Part shown: piece by piece, positions 45,347-54,786 of the stretch | Layout of the letters: every line of letters begins with the position of its first letter | How positions within the stretch are numbered: the first letter of the stretch is position 1 | Assembly: GCA_900316925.1 (NCBI GenBank) | Contig: ONEU01000048.1 | Coordinates: 1-57,888 of the forward strand | Reading direction: 5' to 3' | Origin: an uncultured Eubacteriales bacterium | GTDB lineage: Bacteria; Bacillota; Clostridia; Oscillospirales; Acutalibacteraceae | Length of the DNA stretch: 57,888 bases | The notes under the pieces: generated by a model | The model's database searches: none | Seen by the model: the letters and a program-made list of their open reading frames with translations, nothing else | Told to the model about the DNA's origin: nothing | Made by a program: the position numbers and the translations under genes

Positions 45347-48175
45347 ATGCCATTTAAGAAAATCATTGTGAAGGGTGCCCGGGAGCACAACCTGAAAAAT
45401 ATCAACGTGGAAATCCCCAGAGATGAGCTGGTGGTAGTCACAGGCCTGTCCGGTTCGGGAAAATCCTCCCTTGCGTTTGATACCCTCTATGCCGAGGGAC
45501 AGCGCCGCTATGTGGAGTCCCTGTCCTCCTATGCCCGGATGTTCCTCGGACAGATGGACAAGCCGGATGTGGACAGTATTGACGGCCTGTCGCCGTCCAT
45601 TTCCATCGACCAGAAAACCACCTCGAAGAACCCCCGTTCAACGGTAGGGACGGTGACGGAGATATATGATTATCTGCGTCTGATGTATGCCCGGATCGGC
45701 GTACCGCACTGTCCCGTCTGCGGACGTGAGATCAGACAGCAGACGGTGGATCAGATCGTGGATCAGGTGCTGTCGCTGCCGGAAGGGACCAAGATACAGA
45801 TACTTGCCCCTGTCGTGCGTGCCAAGAAGGGTGAGCACCAGAAGGAATTTGAAGCCGCATCGAAAAGCGGATTTGTCCGGGTGCGTGTGGACGGCATCAT
45901 CTATGACCTGTCCGAAACCATCAAACCGGAGAAGAATAAGAAGCATAACATTGAGATCGTGGTGGATCGTCTTGTCATCAAAAGCGAGATCCGTTCCCGT
46001 CTGTCCGATTCCGTGGAGACGGCGGCGAAGCTGTCGGGAGGTCTGGTGATGGCTGCCGTCAGCGGCGGGGAGGATATCCTGTTCTCGCAGAACTATGCGT
46101 GTCCGGAGCACGGCGTAAGCATTGATGAACTGAGTCCGCGGATGTTCTCTTTCAATAATCCCTTTGGTGCGTGCAAAAAATGCACCGGTCTGGGGGTGTT
46201 CATGCAGATTGATGTTGACCGAATCCTGCCTGACAGAACCAAGTCAGTCCGGCAGGGAGCGATCAAGGGAAGCGGATGGGCGATGGAGGGAAGTACTATT
46301 GCCTCCATGTATATGGAAGCCCTCGCCGAGAAATATCATTTTTCACTCGATACCCCCATTCAGGACCTGCCCGAGGAGATAGTAGATATCCTGCTTTATG
46401 GTACCAAAGGGGAGAGGATCACCGTACACCGCAGAAGCGAGTATGGTTCCGGTACCTATCAGACCGAGTTTGAGGGGATCATCAATAATCTTGAAAGACG
46501 GTTCCGTGAGACACAGAGTAACTGGATCAAAGCGGAAATTGAAAGTTATATGTCGGCGGTGCCCTGTGACGCCTGTAAAGGCAGAAGGCTTTCCCCCGAG
46601 AGCCTGGCTGTCACGGTCGGCGGCCTGAACATCAGCGAATTTTGTGATATGTCCGTGAGCCAGGCGCTGTCATTTACCAAGAACGCACAGCTTTCCGAGC
46701 GGGAACGCCTGATTGCCAAGGCGATTACCAAGGAGATCGACAACCGCCTGAGCTTCCTGAACAGCGTGGGACTGTCCTATCTCACCCTGTCACGTTCTGC
46801 CGGAACGCTTTCCGGTGGGGAGAGTCAGCGGATCAGGCTGGCAACACAGATCGGTTCGGCGCTGTCGGGAGTGCTGTATATTCTGGATGAGCCGAGCATC
46901 GGACTCCACCAGCGGGATAACGACAAGCTCATTGCAACATTGAAAAACCTCCGTGACCTGGGCAATACCGTGATTGTGGTGGAGCATGACGAGGACACCA
47001 TGTACGCTGCCGACCACATCATTGACATCGGTCCTGGTGCGGGGATTCACGGCGGCGAGCTGGTCTGTGCCGGCACGGTGGATGACATCAAGGCCTGTGA
47101 CCGGTCCCTGACAGGTCAGTATCTGAGCCGCAGACTGTATATTCCCGTACCGACCGTCAGAAGGCCGGGCAACGGTAAAAGCCTGAAAATCATGGACGCC
47201 CACCAGAACAATCTGAAGCACATCAACGTGACGCTGCCGCTGGGTAAATTCATTTGTGTGACGGGTGTATCCGGTTCGGGAAAGTCCTCGCTTATCAACG
47301 AGATCCTGTACAAGCAGCTTGCCGCCGACCTGAACGGCGCCAAGCCCCTGCCTGTCGCCTGCAGGAAGATTACCGGAATAGAGCATCTTGACAAAGTCAT
47401 TGACATCAACCAGTCTCCCATCGGCCGCACGCCCCGTTCCAATCCCGCCACCTATACCGGGGTGTTTACGGATATCCGGGAACTGTTTGCGCAGACCAAC
47501 GAAGCTAAAATGCATGGCTTCGGATCGGGACGGTTTTCATTCAATGTCAAAGGCGGACGGTGTGAAGCCTGTCAGGGTGACGGAATCATCAAGATCGAGA
47601 TGCATTTCCTGCCGGATGTGTATGTTCCCTGTGATGTCTGCTCCGGCAAGCGCTATAACCGGGAGACCCTTGAGGTAAAATACAAGGGAAAATCCATTTA
47701 TGATGTGCTGGAGATGACCGTCGAAGAGGGATGCCAGTTCTTTGCCAACCATCCCCGGATCTATAACAAGCTCAAAACGCTCTATGACGTCGGACTGGGC
47801 TATATCAAGATCGGTCAGCCCTCCACCACGCTTTCAGGCGGTGAGGCACAGCGTATCAAGCTGGCGACGGAGCTTTCACGCCGCTCCACCGGTAAGACCA
47901 TCTATATCCTGGACGAGCCGACCACCGGTCTGCATATTGCAGATGTGCACCGTCTCATTGATGTCCTGCAGAAGTTCGTGGACGGCGGCAATACGGTGGT
48001 TGTCATCGAGCATAATCTGGATCTCATCAAGACTGCCGATCATATCATTGATCTCGGACCGGAGGGCGGAGACGGCGGCGGAACGGTGATTGCCGAGGGC
48101 ACACCGGAGGAAATCGCAGCCTGTGAACAATCCTATACCGGTCAGTACCTGAAAAAGGTGCTGGACCGTCTGTAA
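45347..48175 (+). CDS. uvrA: Excinuclease ABC subunit A
   Basis: [10 protein letters not shown], two ABC ATPase modules (GLSGSGKSS and [16 protein letters not shown]), and zinc modules. Confidence 0.97.
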   Translation: MPFKKIIVKGAREHNLKNINVEIPRDELVVVTGLSGSGKSSLAFDTLYAEGQRRYVESLSSYARMFLGQMDKPDVDSIDGLSPSISIDQKTTSKNPRSTVGTVTEIYDYLRLMYARIGVPHCPVCGREIRQQTVDQIVDQVLSLPEGTKIQILAPVVRAKKGEHQKEFEAASKSGFVRVRVDGIIYDLSETIKPEKNKKHNIEIVVDRLVIKSEIRSRLSDSVETAAKLSGGLVMAAVSGGEDILFSQNYACPEHGVSIDELSPRMFSFNNPFGACKKCTGLGVFMQIDVDRILPDRTKSVRQGAIKGSGWAMEGSTIASMYMEALAEKYHFSLDTPIQDLPEEIVDILLYGTKGERITVHRRSEYGSGTYQTEFEGIINNLERRFRETQSNWIKAEIESYMSAVPCDACKGRRLSPESLAVTVGGLNISEFCDMSVSQALSFTKNAQLSERERLIAKAITKEIDNRLSFLNSVGLSYLTLSRSAGTLSGGESQRIRLATQIGSALSGVLYILDEPSIGLHQRDNDKLIATLKNLRDLGNTVIVVEHDEDTMYAADHIIDIGPGAGIHGGELVCAGTVDDIKACDRSLTGQYLSRRLYIPVPTVRRPGNGKSLKIMDAHQNNLKHINVTLPLGKFICVTGVSGSGKSSLINEILYKQLAADLNGAKPLPVACRKITGIEHLDKVIDINQSPIGRTPRSNPATYTGVFTDIRELFAQTNEAKMHGFGSGRFSFNVKGGRCEACQGDGIIKIEMHFLPDVYVPCDVCSGKRYNRETLEVKYKGKSIYDVLEMTVEEGCQFFANHPRIYNKLKTLYDVGLGYIKIGQPSTTLSGGEAQRIKLATELSRRSTGKTIYILDEPTTGLHIADVHRLIDVLQKFVDGGNTVVVIEHNLDLIKTADHIIDLGPEGGDGGGTVIAEGTPEEIAACEQSYTGQYLKKVLDRL

Positions 48176-48208
48176 ATCAAAGGTCATCGGAAGGAAGGAG
48201 GTGTTTTT

Positions 48209-49126
48209 TTGTTCGGATATCTGCGTCCTGTCAAGGAAGAACTCAAGGTCAGGGAATATGAGCTCTACAAGAGTGTTTACTGTGGTTTGTGCAAGCATCT
48301 GGGCAAGGACTACGGCCTGTTTTCGCGCTTTACCCTGAGCTATGACTGTACGATGCTGGCAATGCTGGCACTCAGTGTCAAGGGGGAGAAGTCCTGTGTT
48401 TCAAAGGGGCGGTGCGTATTCAACCCGACGAAAAAATGCCTCTACTGCAGCGGCAGTGCCGACAGCTTCCGGCTTGCGGGTGCCGTTTCGGTCATTATGA
48501 CCTACTATAAGCTGTATGATACCATCACGGATGGGGGATTGATGAAGCGAGCAGCGGCACGTTTTCTCCGGGTTCTGATGAAACGCAGTCACCGCAAGGC
48601 AAAAAGGGCGTATCCGGAGCTGGAAGAGCAGGTCAGACAGATGGTGGAACGCCAGCAGCAGGCAGAAGCGGCGGACAGCGGGATTGATGATGCGGCGGCG
48701 TCTACCGCGGAACTGATCTCCTGGCTGTGCCGGGGACTTGCGGGTGAAGACGAGAAACAGCAGTTTGTACTGGAAAAATTCGGCTATTTTCTGGGACGCT
48801 GGATCTATCTGATCGACGCGGCCGATGACTTTGAAGATGACCTGCGCCGTCACACCTATAATCCCTTTCATCGGTACCGGAAGGAAACCCCCGAACAGAC
48901 CATGCTCTACTGCAATGAAGTCCTGAACATGACAGCCTCCCAGCTGCTGTTGGCGTTTGATCTGCTGGAGCTGTCAGGGTATGAGGAAATTCTTGACAAT
49001 GTAGTACGTCATGGGTTATCATTTCAACAGCGGTATTGTTTGTTTGAGAAAAAACATGGGAAGCAGTGCCGCCGCAAGAAGAAGGATAAGGACTATTACC
49101 CGTTCCTGTCGGAGGGATTTCACTGA
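48209..49126 (+). CDS. Conserved hypothetical protein (DUF5685-like by recollection), 305 aa
   Basis: Opens MFGYLRPVKEELKVREYELYKSVYCGLCKHLGKDYG. Several conserved-looking Cys. TTG start after GGAAGGAGGTG. Confidence 0.6.
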   Translation: MFGYLRPVKEELKVREYELYKSVYCGLCKHLGKDYGLFSRFTLSYDCTMLAMLALSVKGEKSCVSKGRCVFNPTKKCLYCSGSADSFRLAGAVSVIMTYYKLYDTITDGGLMKRAAARFLRVLMKRSHRKAKRAYPELEEQVRQMVERQQQAEAADSGIDDAAASTAELISWLCRGLAGEDEKQQFVLEKFGYFLGRWIYLIDAADDFEDDLRRHTYNPFHRYRKETPEQTMLYCNEVLNMTASQLLLAFDLLELSGYEEILDNVVRHGLSFQQRYCLFEKKHGKQCRRKKKDKDYYPFLSEGFH

Positions 49127-49162
49127 GCCGACAGGGAATACATACAGTAATGAGGTGCTGCC

Positions 49163-49702
49163 ATGAAAAACGATCAGAACCAGCCGGGAAATGTGTATCA
49201 GAATGCCCCGGGATATCCGCAGAATCAGCAGACGGGGAATCCGCAGCAGTCCTTTTCAACGCGGCTGATGTCGGAGCGCCTGCCGGAGGAGAAAAAGCAG
49301 ATGGCGGCCTATCTGGAAAAGCTCAATACGATGCTGGTGCCGACAACATCCTATGCGGCAGTAGTGAGGGAGCTTCTGCTGGAACAGCTTGACAATGCAG
49401 AATATCTGCTGCTGAAGATCGACCCGAAGGACAATGTTGCCCTTTACGGTTATCTGATGGGGATGATTTTCTGGTACAGAGGCTATCAGACGGAAGCCGG
49501 CCAGCATTTCTATCAGGCGTCACAGGACGATCCGAACATGGAGGTTTTTCGTGAGACCTATCAGTATCAATGGGGCGATCACTCCGGGGGCGGAGACGGA
49601 AAGACACAGGGGAGAGATAAATCCTCCTGCTGCAGCGGAGCGGACTGCTGTGAATGTCTGAGCTGCTGTTCCGATCTGAGCAGATGCTTTGGGTCCTGCT
49701 GA
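49163..49702 (+). CDS. Q/N/P-rich protein with a TPR-like helical core and a C-terminal cysteine string
   Basis: The last 26 aa, SSCCSGADCCECLSCCSDLSRCFGSC, contain 9 Cys. The core (YGYLMGMIFWYRGYQTEAGQHFYQASQDDPNMEVFRETY) resembles the downstream J-protein core. RBS TGAGGTG. Confidence 0.65.
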   Translation: MKNDQNQPGNVYQNAPGYPQNQQTGNPQQSFSTRLMSERLPEEKKQMAAYLEKLNTMLVPTTSYAAVVRELLLEQLDNAEYLLLKIDPKDNVALYGYLMGMIFWYRGYQTEAGQHFYQASQDDPNMEVFRETYQYQWGDHSGGGDGKTQGRDKSSCCSGADCCECLSCCSDLSRCFGSC

Positions 49703-49735
49703 CGGTTTGTGAAAAAGGGAAAGGAAGAAAACAAG

Positions 49736-50341
49736 ATGAACGATCCGTATAAAGTATTGGGGGTATCTCCCTCAGCCAGTGATGAGGAGATCAAGCAGGC
49801 GTACCGGAAGCTTGCCAAGCAGTATCATCCCGATAAATATGTGAATAATCCGCTGTCGGATCTTGCCACCGAGAAGATGAAGGAGATCAACGAGGCTTAT
49901 GATATCATCCTGAATGACCGCAAGAAAGAGAAGCGGGACAGCAGACAGAGTGCCGCCGGCGGAGAGGGCGGCGGAGCAGGGAGCCGTCAGGGCCGGTTCA
50001 ATCAGATCCGGCAGATGATCAACGGCGGCAATTTTGCAGCGGCGGAGAAGGCGCTGTCGGAAGTTCCCTCCACCGACCGCAACGGCGAATGGTATTATCT
50101 GATGGGTGTCGTGGTTTATCAGAAGGGATGGCTGGAGGATGCCTATAATTATTTTGAGACCGCGTGCCGGATGGAGCCCGGCAACATGGAATACCGCTCG
50201 CTGTATAACCGCATCCAGCAGCAGCGCTCGGGAGCACAGGGCGGTTATCAGACATCGGCAGGAGCCGTTCCGTGCGGCTGCTGTGATATCTGTACCTGCC
50301 TGATCTGTTCCGACTGTCTGTGCGGCTGCTGCAGGAACTGA
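49736..50341 (+). CDS. J-domain protein with a TPR-like core and a C-terminal cysteine string
   Basis: J domain DPYKVLGVSPSASDEEIKQAYRKLAKQYHPDKY with HPD. The tail VPCGCCDICTCLICSDCLCGCCRN has 10 Cys in 24 aa. ATG at 49736 follows GGGAAAGGAAG. Confidence 0.8.
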   Translation: MNDPYKVLGVSPSASDEEIKQAYRKLAKQYHPDKYVNNPLSDLATEKMKEINEAYDIILNDRKKEKRDSRQSAAGGEGGGAGSRQGRFNQIRQMINGGNFAAAEKALSEVPSTDRNGEWYYLMGVVVYQKGWLEDAYNYFETACRMEPGNMEYRSLYNRIQQQRSGAQGGYQTSAGAVPCGCCDICTCLICSDCLCGCCRN

Positions 50342-50343
50342 AA

Positions 50344-50883
50344 ATGAAACGATCTCAAAAACTGGCTGTCAGCGGTCTGCTGACGGCCTTTGCATCCGTT
50401 GTGCTCATCCTGTCAAATTTCGTGCCGGTAGGGATGTACACCTTCCCGGCAGCGGCAGGACTTATCCTCTGGGTATTGTCCTTTGCGGCTGGGAGACAGT
50501 ATGCGCTCTATGCATACGCGGCGGTATCGGTGATAGGGTTTCTGATCTGCAGCAATAAGGAAGCGCCGCTGTGCTTTATCCTGTTTCTGGGGTATTATCC
50601 GCTGCTGCGTCCGTTTCTGGAGAAGCTGCGCTTCAGGGTGCTGTCGTATATTCTGAAGCTGCTGCTCTTCAATGCCGCCGCCGTGGGGACGTATTTTCTG
50701 CTCCTGTATGTCTTTTCGGTTCCGACAGAAGATTTCCGTCTGTTCGGAATCTCACTTCCGCTGGTATTTCTGCTCCTGCTCAATGTCGTTTTTCTGGTGT
50801 ATGATGTCGCATTAAAGCTGTTTGAGAGGAAATACCGGGAAACAATTAACAAACTTGTAACCAATTTTTTCCGTAGATTTTAG
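50344..50883 (+). CDS. Polytopic membrane protein (about 5 TM), translationally coupled to the J-protein gene
   Basis: The ATG is 2 nt after the upstream TGA. The sequence is hydrophobic throughout. I recognise no family with certainty. Confidence 0.6.
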   Translation: MKRSQKLAVSGLLTAFASVVLILSNFVPVGMYTFPAAAGLILWVLSFAAGRQYALYAYAAVSVIGFLICSNKEAPLCFILFLGYYPLLRPFLEKLRFRVLSYILKLLLFNAAAVGTYFLLLYVFSVPTEDFRLFGISLPLVFLLLLNVVFLVYDVALKLFERKYRETINKLVTNFFRRF

Positions 50884-51030
50884 TTGATATCTCACAAGAA
50901 AAAGGACAGTATTCCTTTTTGGGAGAAAAAATTTATTAAAAATGACTCGGAAATTCAGTAAATAAACAAGAAAAATATCGAAAATTTGCAGTTGTCATAA
51001 ATTGAACCATGGATTTATACAAACTGCCGA

Positions 51031-51059
51031 TTGCTAAAATATTAAAATCAGGTTATAAT
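51031..51059 (+). promoter_or_regulatory. Sigma-A promoter of the lysozyme-domain gene
   Basis: -35 TTGCTA, 17-nt spacer, -10 TATAAT. The -10 overlaps the ATG at 51058, which argues that ATG is not the start codon. Confidence 0.55.
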
Positions 51060-51120
51060 GGTTACAATTATTCGGTGTAAAGAATCTTATTTCAGTTACA
51101 AAACTGTAATAAGTACGAAA

Positions 51121-53808
51121 ATGATGAAAGGCAGTGTATCTTTAGTGACAGAAAGAAATATCAAAAGCAGGTTGTCCGGATTCTTCCGGAAGCATAAGGC
51201 AAAGAAGCTCGTGGCTTTGTCCTGTGCAGCCGCTATCGTTGCGGGAGCGTTTCCGGTTCTGACACTCTCGGCTTCCGCTCAGACAACGCTGGAAGCCAGA
51301 ACCACCGATTATCTGAATCTCAGAAGCGGTGCAGGTGTCAACTATTCTGTTGTCCGGCTGATCGGAAAAAACGAGAAGGTTACGGTTCTTGACCGCTCCG
51401 ATTCTTCCTGGATCAAGGTCCGCCTGCAAAACGGCAAGGTCGGATACTGTTCCAATAATTTCCTGGACGTCATCAACGACGGTCAGACAACCACCTATGT
51501 GAACTTCCGTAAGGGCGCAGGCACCTACAGCGAAGTGATCCGCACACTTCCGCCGAAGACGAAAATTGATATCATCAATTTCGCCGGCAGCTCCTGGGCA
51601 AAGGCGAAGACTTCGGACGGTACGGTGGGATATATCTGCACCGATTATATAGAGTATATCAGCAGTAATAATACACAGGCAGCTGCTCCTGCCCAGGTGT
51701 CATCCGCCAACTCCACGGTAACGGGATCACAGACCAGTAAGCCCACCCAGACAAACAATTCTGTTCAGTCAGTCATCAAGCTGAGTGCCTCGAGCCGGAC
51801 CATGACCACCGGCAGCTCCGTGACACTCAAGGCGACGGACAATCAGGGAACCGTTAGCTGGTCAACTTCGAACGGACGGGTCGCTACCATCAGCTCCAAG
51901 GGTCTTGTAACTGCGGTGGGTGAGGGCAATGCCAATATCACCGCCATTGATACCAAAAACGGCAAGAATGCTGTCTGCAAGGTCAAGGTTATTAAAACGG
52001 ATTATACAAGCATCAGGCTTTCCGATACCTCCAAGACGCTTTCAGAGGGTGAGAACTTCACATTGCAGGCCGTGTCCAATCCGGCAGGCGGCAAGATCTA
52101 TTTCCGCACCTCCGATACATCCGTAGCGAAGGTATCGGCAAAAGGCGTGGTCTCGGCAGTCGGCGCCGGTACGGCAGATGTTACGGCGTATGATTCGACA
52201 GGCTATATTACCGCGCTCTGCAAGGTTACCGTCAATTCCAGAGCAAAGATCAGTCTTTCCGACAGCAGCCTTTCAATTTCGGCTGGCGGCTCTGCTAGAC
52301 TGTACGCCTCCGCGACCCCCTCGAACCTGAAACTGAGATGGTCCAGCAGCAATGTGAATGTCGCTGCGGTCAATGACGGAATGGTCAGCGGCATCAGCGC
52401 CGGTACTGCGGTGATTTCCGTAACCGACGTAAGCGGCAAGGTCCGTCAGAGCTGTACCGTGACCGTGCGCGGCGTATCCTCTTCAAATGTCCGTCTTTCC
52501 CGCTATTCCGCCACCACTACCGCCGGAAAGACCATTTATATCAAAGGCTATAACGGCTCCCGCTGGGAGAGCAGCGACAGAGGCCTTGCTACCGTCAGAG
52601 ACGGTTTCATCGAAACCTGTCAGCCTGGCAACGTTGCCATCTCCTTTGTGGACAGCTACGGCAACCGGGCAATCTGTAATGTTAAGATCATAGAAGCTGC
52701 TCCCATCAAGTTTGCATATTCTTCACCGAACTCCGCCACGATCAATCAGAAGGTTGAACTGATCGCCATCACCGATCAGTTCAGAACGGGCGTGTATTTC
52801 GATGTCAATCAGAACGGACAGACCGTCAGAGTGAAAGCCAACAGTAAGACTTCCGACGGCAAGACATACGTCTGGAAGGCCTATTATACGACTGTTGCAG
52901 CAGGAGATTTCACCGTGAGGGCATATTCCCTGAGAAACAGTGTCTGGTCCACCTGCTCCGACGGTACGACGGATGTGTATGTGACCAATAAGACAGATTA
53001 CGCCAGAACCGGTCTGGACAAGCTTCGTGCCAGCGACGGCGTGATCAAGTATATCGGTCTGAAGGAAGGCTTTGTTTCCGATATTACATACGACAGACTG
53101 GCCAATAACATTCCCACTCTCGGCCACGGCTATGTCGTCTGGGAGGGACAGTGCTTCTACGATCACCTGACCCGCAATGAAGCTTATGCACTGCTGGTCA
53201 AGGCGGTGAATGAGGAAGTATATTCCAAGCGTGTGAACGAGTTCCTGATCGGCAACAACTGCCGCTTCAATCAGCAGCAGTTTGACGCTCTGGTGAGTTT
53301 CTCCTATAACCTGGGCACAGGCTGGACCTATTCTTCCGATCTGCGCAATATTCTTCTGAATTCCTACGGCACCGTTTCCAGCGGAACGTCCATGAAGGGT
53401 GTGGTAACATCCACCTCCGGTCTGCATCTCCGTTCCGAACCGACCACCAGTGCAAAGTCACTTGGGATCCTGCCGTATAATTCCACCGTTACCCTGGTGA
53501 GCACACAGAAGTACAATAACGTCTGGTACAAGGTCAAGACCTCCAGCGGTCAGGTTGGCTACTGCAGCGGATCTTATCTGAATGTCAATGCTTCTTCCGG
53601 CACCGTGGGACGGGACCTCAACTATGTAAACCGGAATGCACTGATCAGAGAGATGCTTGCTTATCACCATGCCGGCGGAGTGTGCTACTATGGCTTGCTT
53701 TACCGCAGAGCAGATGAGCTTGAGATGTTCCTCTATAACGACTATGTTGCAGACGGCAGGGACAATAACCATTACTTCCCGAACCCGAGCTGCATCTCCT
53801 TCCCGTAA
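51121..53808 (+). CDS. Secreted multidomain cell-wall hydrolase: 2x SH3b, ~5x Big_2 Ig-like, unknown beta-rich module, GH24 lysozyme, C-terminal SH3b
   Basis: Signal-like segment LVALSCAAAIVAGAFPVLTLSASA. SH3b motifs (YLNLRSGAG...WIKV...G..GY). Big_2 repeats (V.W.SSN..VA.V...G.V.A...G.A.I.A). GH24-like KEGFVSDITYDRLANNIPTLGHGY...FDALVSFSYNLG. The start is uncertain (51121, 51124 or 51145). Confidence 0.75.
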   Translation: MMKGSVSLVTERNIKSRLSGFFRKHKAKKLVALSCAAAIVAGAFPVLTLSASAQTTLEARTTDYLNLRSGAGVNYSVVRLIGKNEKVTVLDRSDSSWIKVRLQNGKVGYCSNNFLDVINDGQTTTYVNFRKGAGTYSEVIRTLPPKTKIDIINFAGSSWAKAKTSDGTVGYICTDYIEYISSNNTQAAAPAQVSSANSTVTGSQTSKPTQTNNSVQSVIKLSASSRTMTTGSSVTLKATDNQGTVSWSTSNGRVATISSKGLVTAVGEGNANITAIDTKNGKNAVCKVKVIKTDYTSIRLSDTSKTLSEGENFTLQAVSNPAGGKIYFRTSDTSVAKVSAKGVVSAVGAGTADVTAYDSTGYITALCKVTVNSRAKISLSDSSLSISAGGSARLYASATPSNLKLRWSSSNVNVAAVNDGMVSGISAGTAVISVTDVSGKVRQSCTVTVRGVSSSNVRLSRYSATTTAGKTIYIKGYNGSRWESSDRGLATVRDGFIETCQPGNVAISFVDSYGNRAICNVKIIEAAPIKFAYSSPNSATINQKVELIAITDQFRTGVYFDVNQNGQTVRVKANSKTSDGKTYVWKAYYTTVAAGDFTVRAYSLRNSVWSTCSDGTTDVYVTNKTDYARTGLDKLRASDGVIKYIGLKEGFVSDITYDRLANNIPTLGHGYVVWEGQCFYDHLTRNEAYALLVKAVNEEVYSKRVNEFLIGNNCRFNQQQFDALVSFSYNLGTGWTYSSDLRNILLNSYGTVSSGTSMKGVVTSTSGLHLRSEPTTSAKSLGILPYNSTVTLVSTQKYNNVWYKVKTSSGQVGYCSGSYLNVNASSGTVGRDLNYVNRNALIREMLAYHHAGGVCYYGLLYRRADELEMFLYNDYVADGRDNNHYFPNPSCISFP

Positions 53809-53812
53809 GTGT

Positions 53813-53845
53813 AAAACCACCCGTTCAACGGGTGGTTTTATTTTT
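53813..53845 (+). terminator. Rho-independent terminator after the lysozyme-domain gene
   Basis: Stem AAAACCACCCG/CGGGTGGTTTT followed by ATTTTT. Confidence 0.8.
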
Positions 53846-53872
53846 GACAATACGGAATGATCGTGCTATAAT
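53844..53872 (+). promoter_or_regulatory. Sigma-A promoter of proC
   Basis: -35 TTGACA, 17-nt spacer, -10 TATAAT. Confidence 0.7.
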
Positions 53873-53893
53873 ATGGACGAAAGAGGTGTATAC

Positions 53894-54703
53894 ATGATGA
53901 GTAATCAAAGAATTGGTTTTATCGGTGCAGGAAACATGGCAACTGCAATCGTAAACGGGATCCTGAAAAATGGCGCAAAGCAGCCGGAGGAGATCTCCGT
54001 GTTTGATCTGGATGCAGAGAAACTGCAGCTGATGGCAGACAAGGGGATTGATACGGTATCCTCCTGCAGCGAACTGGCCGCCAAGAGCGATATTATCGTA
54101 CTGGCAGTCAAGCCGCAGAACTATGACGAGGTGCTGGCAGATATCAAGGGTGCTGTTAACGATCAGAAGGTGGTCGTGACGATTGCTGCCGGTATTTCAA
54201 TCGACTATGTCCGCAGGGGACTGGAGCGGAACTGTCCTGCAGTCCGTGTCATGCCCAACACGCCGCTGCTGTTGGGTAAGGGGGCAACGGCTCTCTGCCG
54301 TTCAGAAAACATCAGCGACGAGGATTTTGAGCAGGTCTACAATATGTTCGCCCTCTCCGGTGAAGCTGCGATCCTGCCGGAATCCCAGATGAACGCCATC
54401 ATTGCCGTCAACGGCAGCAGCCCGGCTTATGTCTATCTGTTTGCAAAGTCCATGGTGGACTATGCCGTTTCCGTCGGCATTGACAGAGAGACAGCGCTCA
54501 GCCTGGTGTGCAAAACCTTTGAAGGCAGTGCCGAGATGCTCCGTTCAAGCGGTGACTCTCCGGAAACCCTCATCCAGAAGGTTTCCTCCAAGGGCGGCAC
54601 TACCATTGAGGCGATGAAGGTGCTCAATGATCGGGAGGTTCCCAAGGCAATCTTTGACGCTATGGCTGCTTGTACGGCCAGAGCGGAGGAGCTTGGCAAA
54701 TAA
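53894..54703 (+). CDS. proC: Pyrroline-5-carboxylate reductase
   Basis: IGFIGAGNMA Rossmann motif, VKPQ, MPNTP, and C-terminal SKGGTT. Confidence 0.93.
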   Translation: MMSNQRIGFIGAGNMATAIVNGILKNGAKQPEEISVFDLDAEKLQLMADKGIDTVSSCSELAAKSDIIVLAVKPQNYDEVLADIKGAVNDQKVVVTIAAGISIDYVRRGLERNCPAVRVMPNTPLLLGKGATALCRSENISDEDFEQVYNMFALSGEAAILPESQMNAIIAVNGSSPAYVYLFAKSMVDYAVSVGIDRETALSLVCKTFEGSAEMLRSSGDSPETLIQKVSSKGGTTIEAMKVLNDREVPKAIFDAMAACTARAEELGK

Positions 54704-54712
54704 TCCGCAAAA

Positions 54713-54756
54713 AAACATCCGCTGACGTTTGAAAATGTCATGCGGATGTTTGCTTT
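54713..54756. terminator. Bidirectional hairpin between convergent proC and the SDR gene
   Basis: Stem AACATCCGC/GCGGATGTT, flanked by an A-run upstream and TGCTTT downstream. Confidence 0.55.
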
Positions 54757-54786
54757 AGTCGGACGAGTTGTTGAACGGTTGACGTC

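Noticed and set aside
51058-51120. ATG at 51058 as the start of the lysozyme-domain gene
   Set aside because: This ATG overlaps the -10 hexamer of the best promoter (TTGCTA-17-TATAAT), so it would not be on the transcript. A downstream start (51121-51145) is preferred, though it remains uncertain.
51121-53808. Prophage or defence island around the GH24 lysozyme gene
   Set aside because: The flanking genes are a membrane protein and proC. No integrase, holin, tail or capsid genes, or att-like repeats, are visible.
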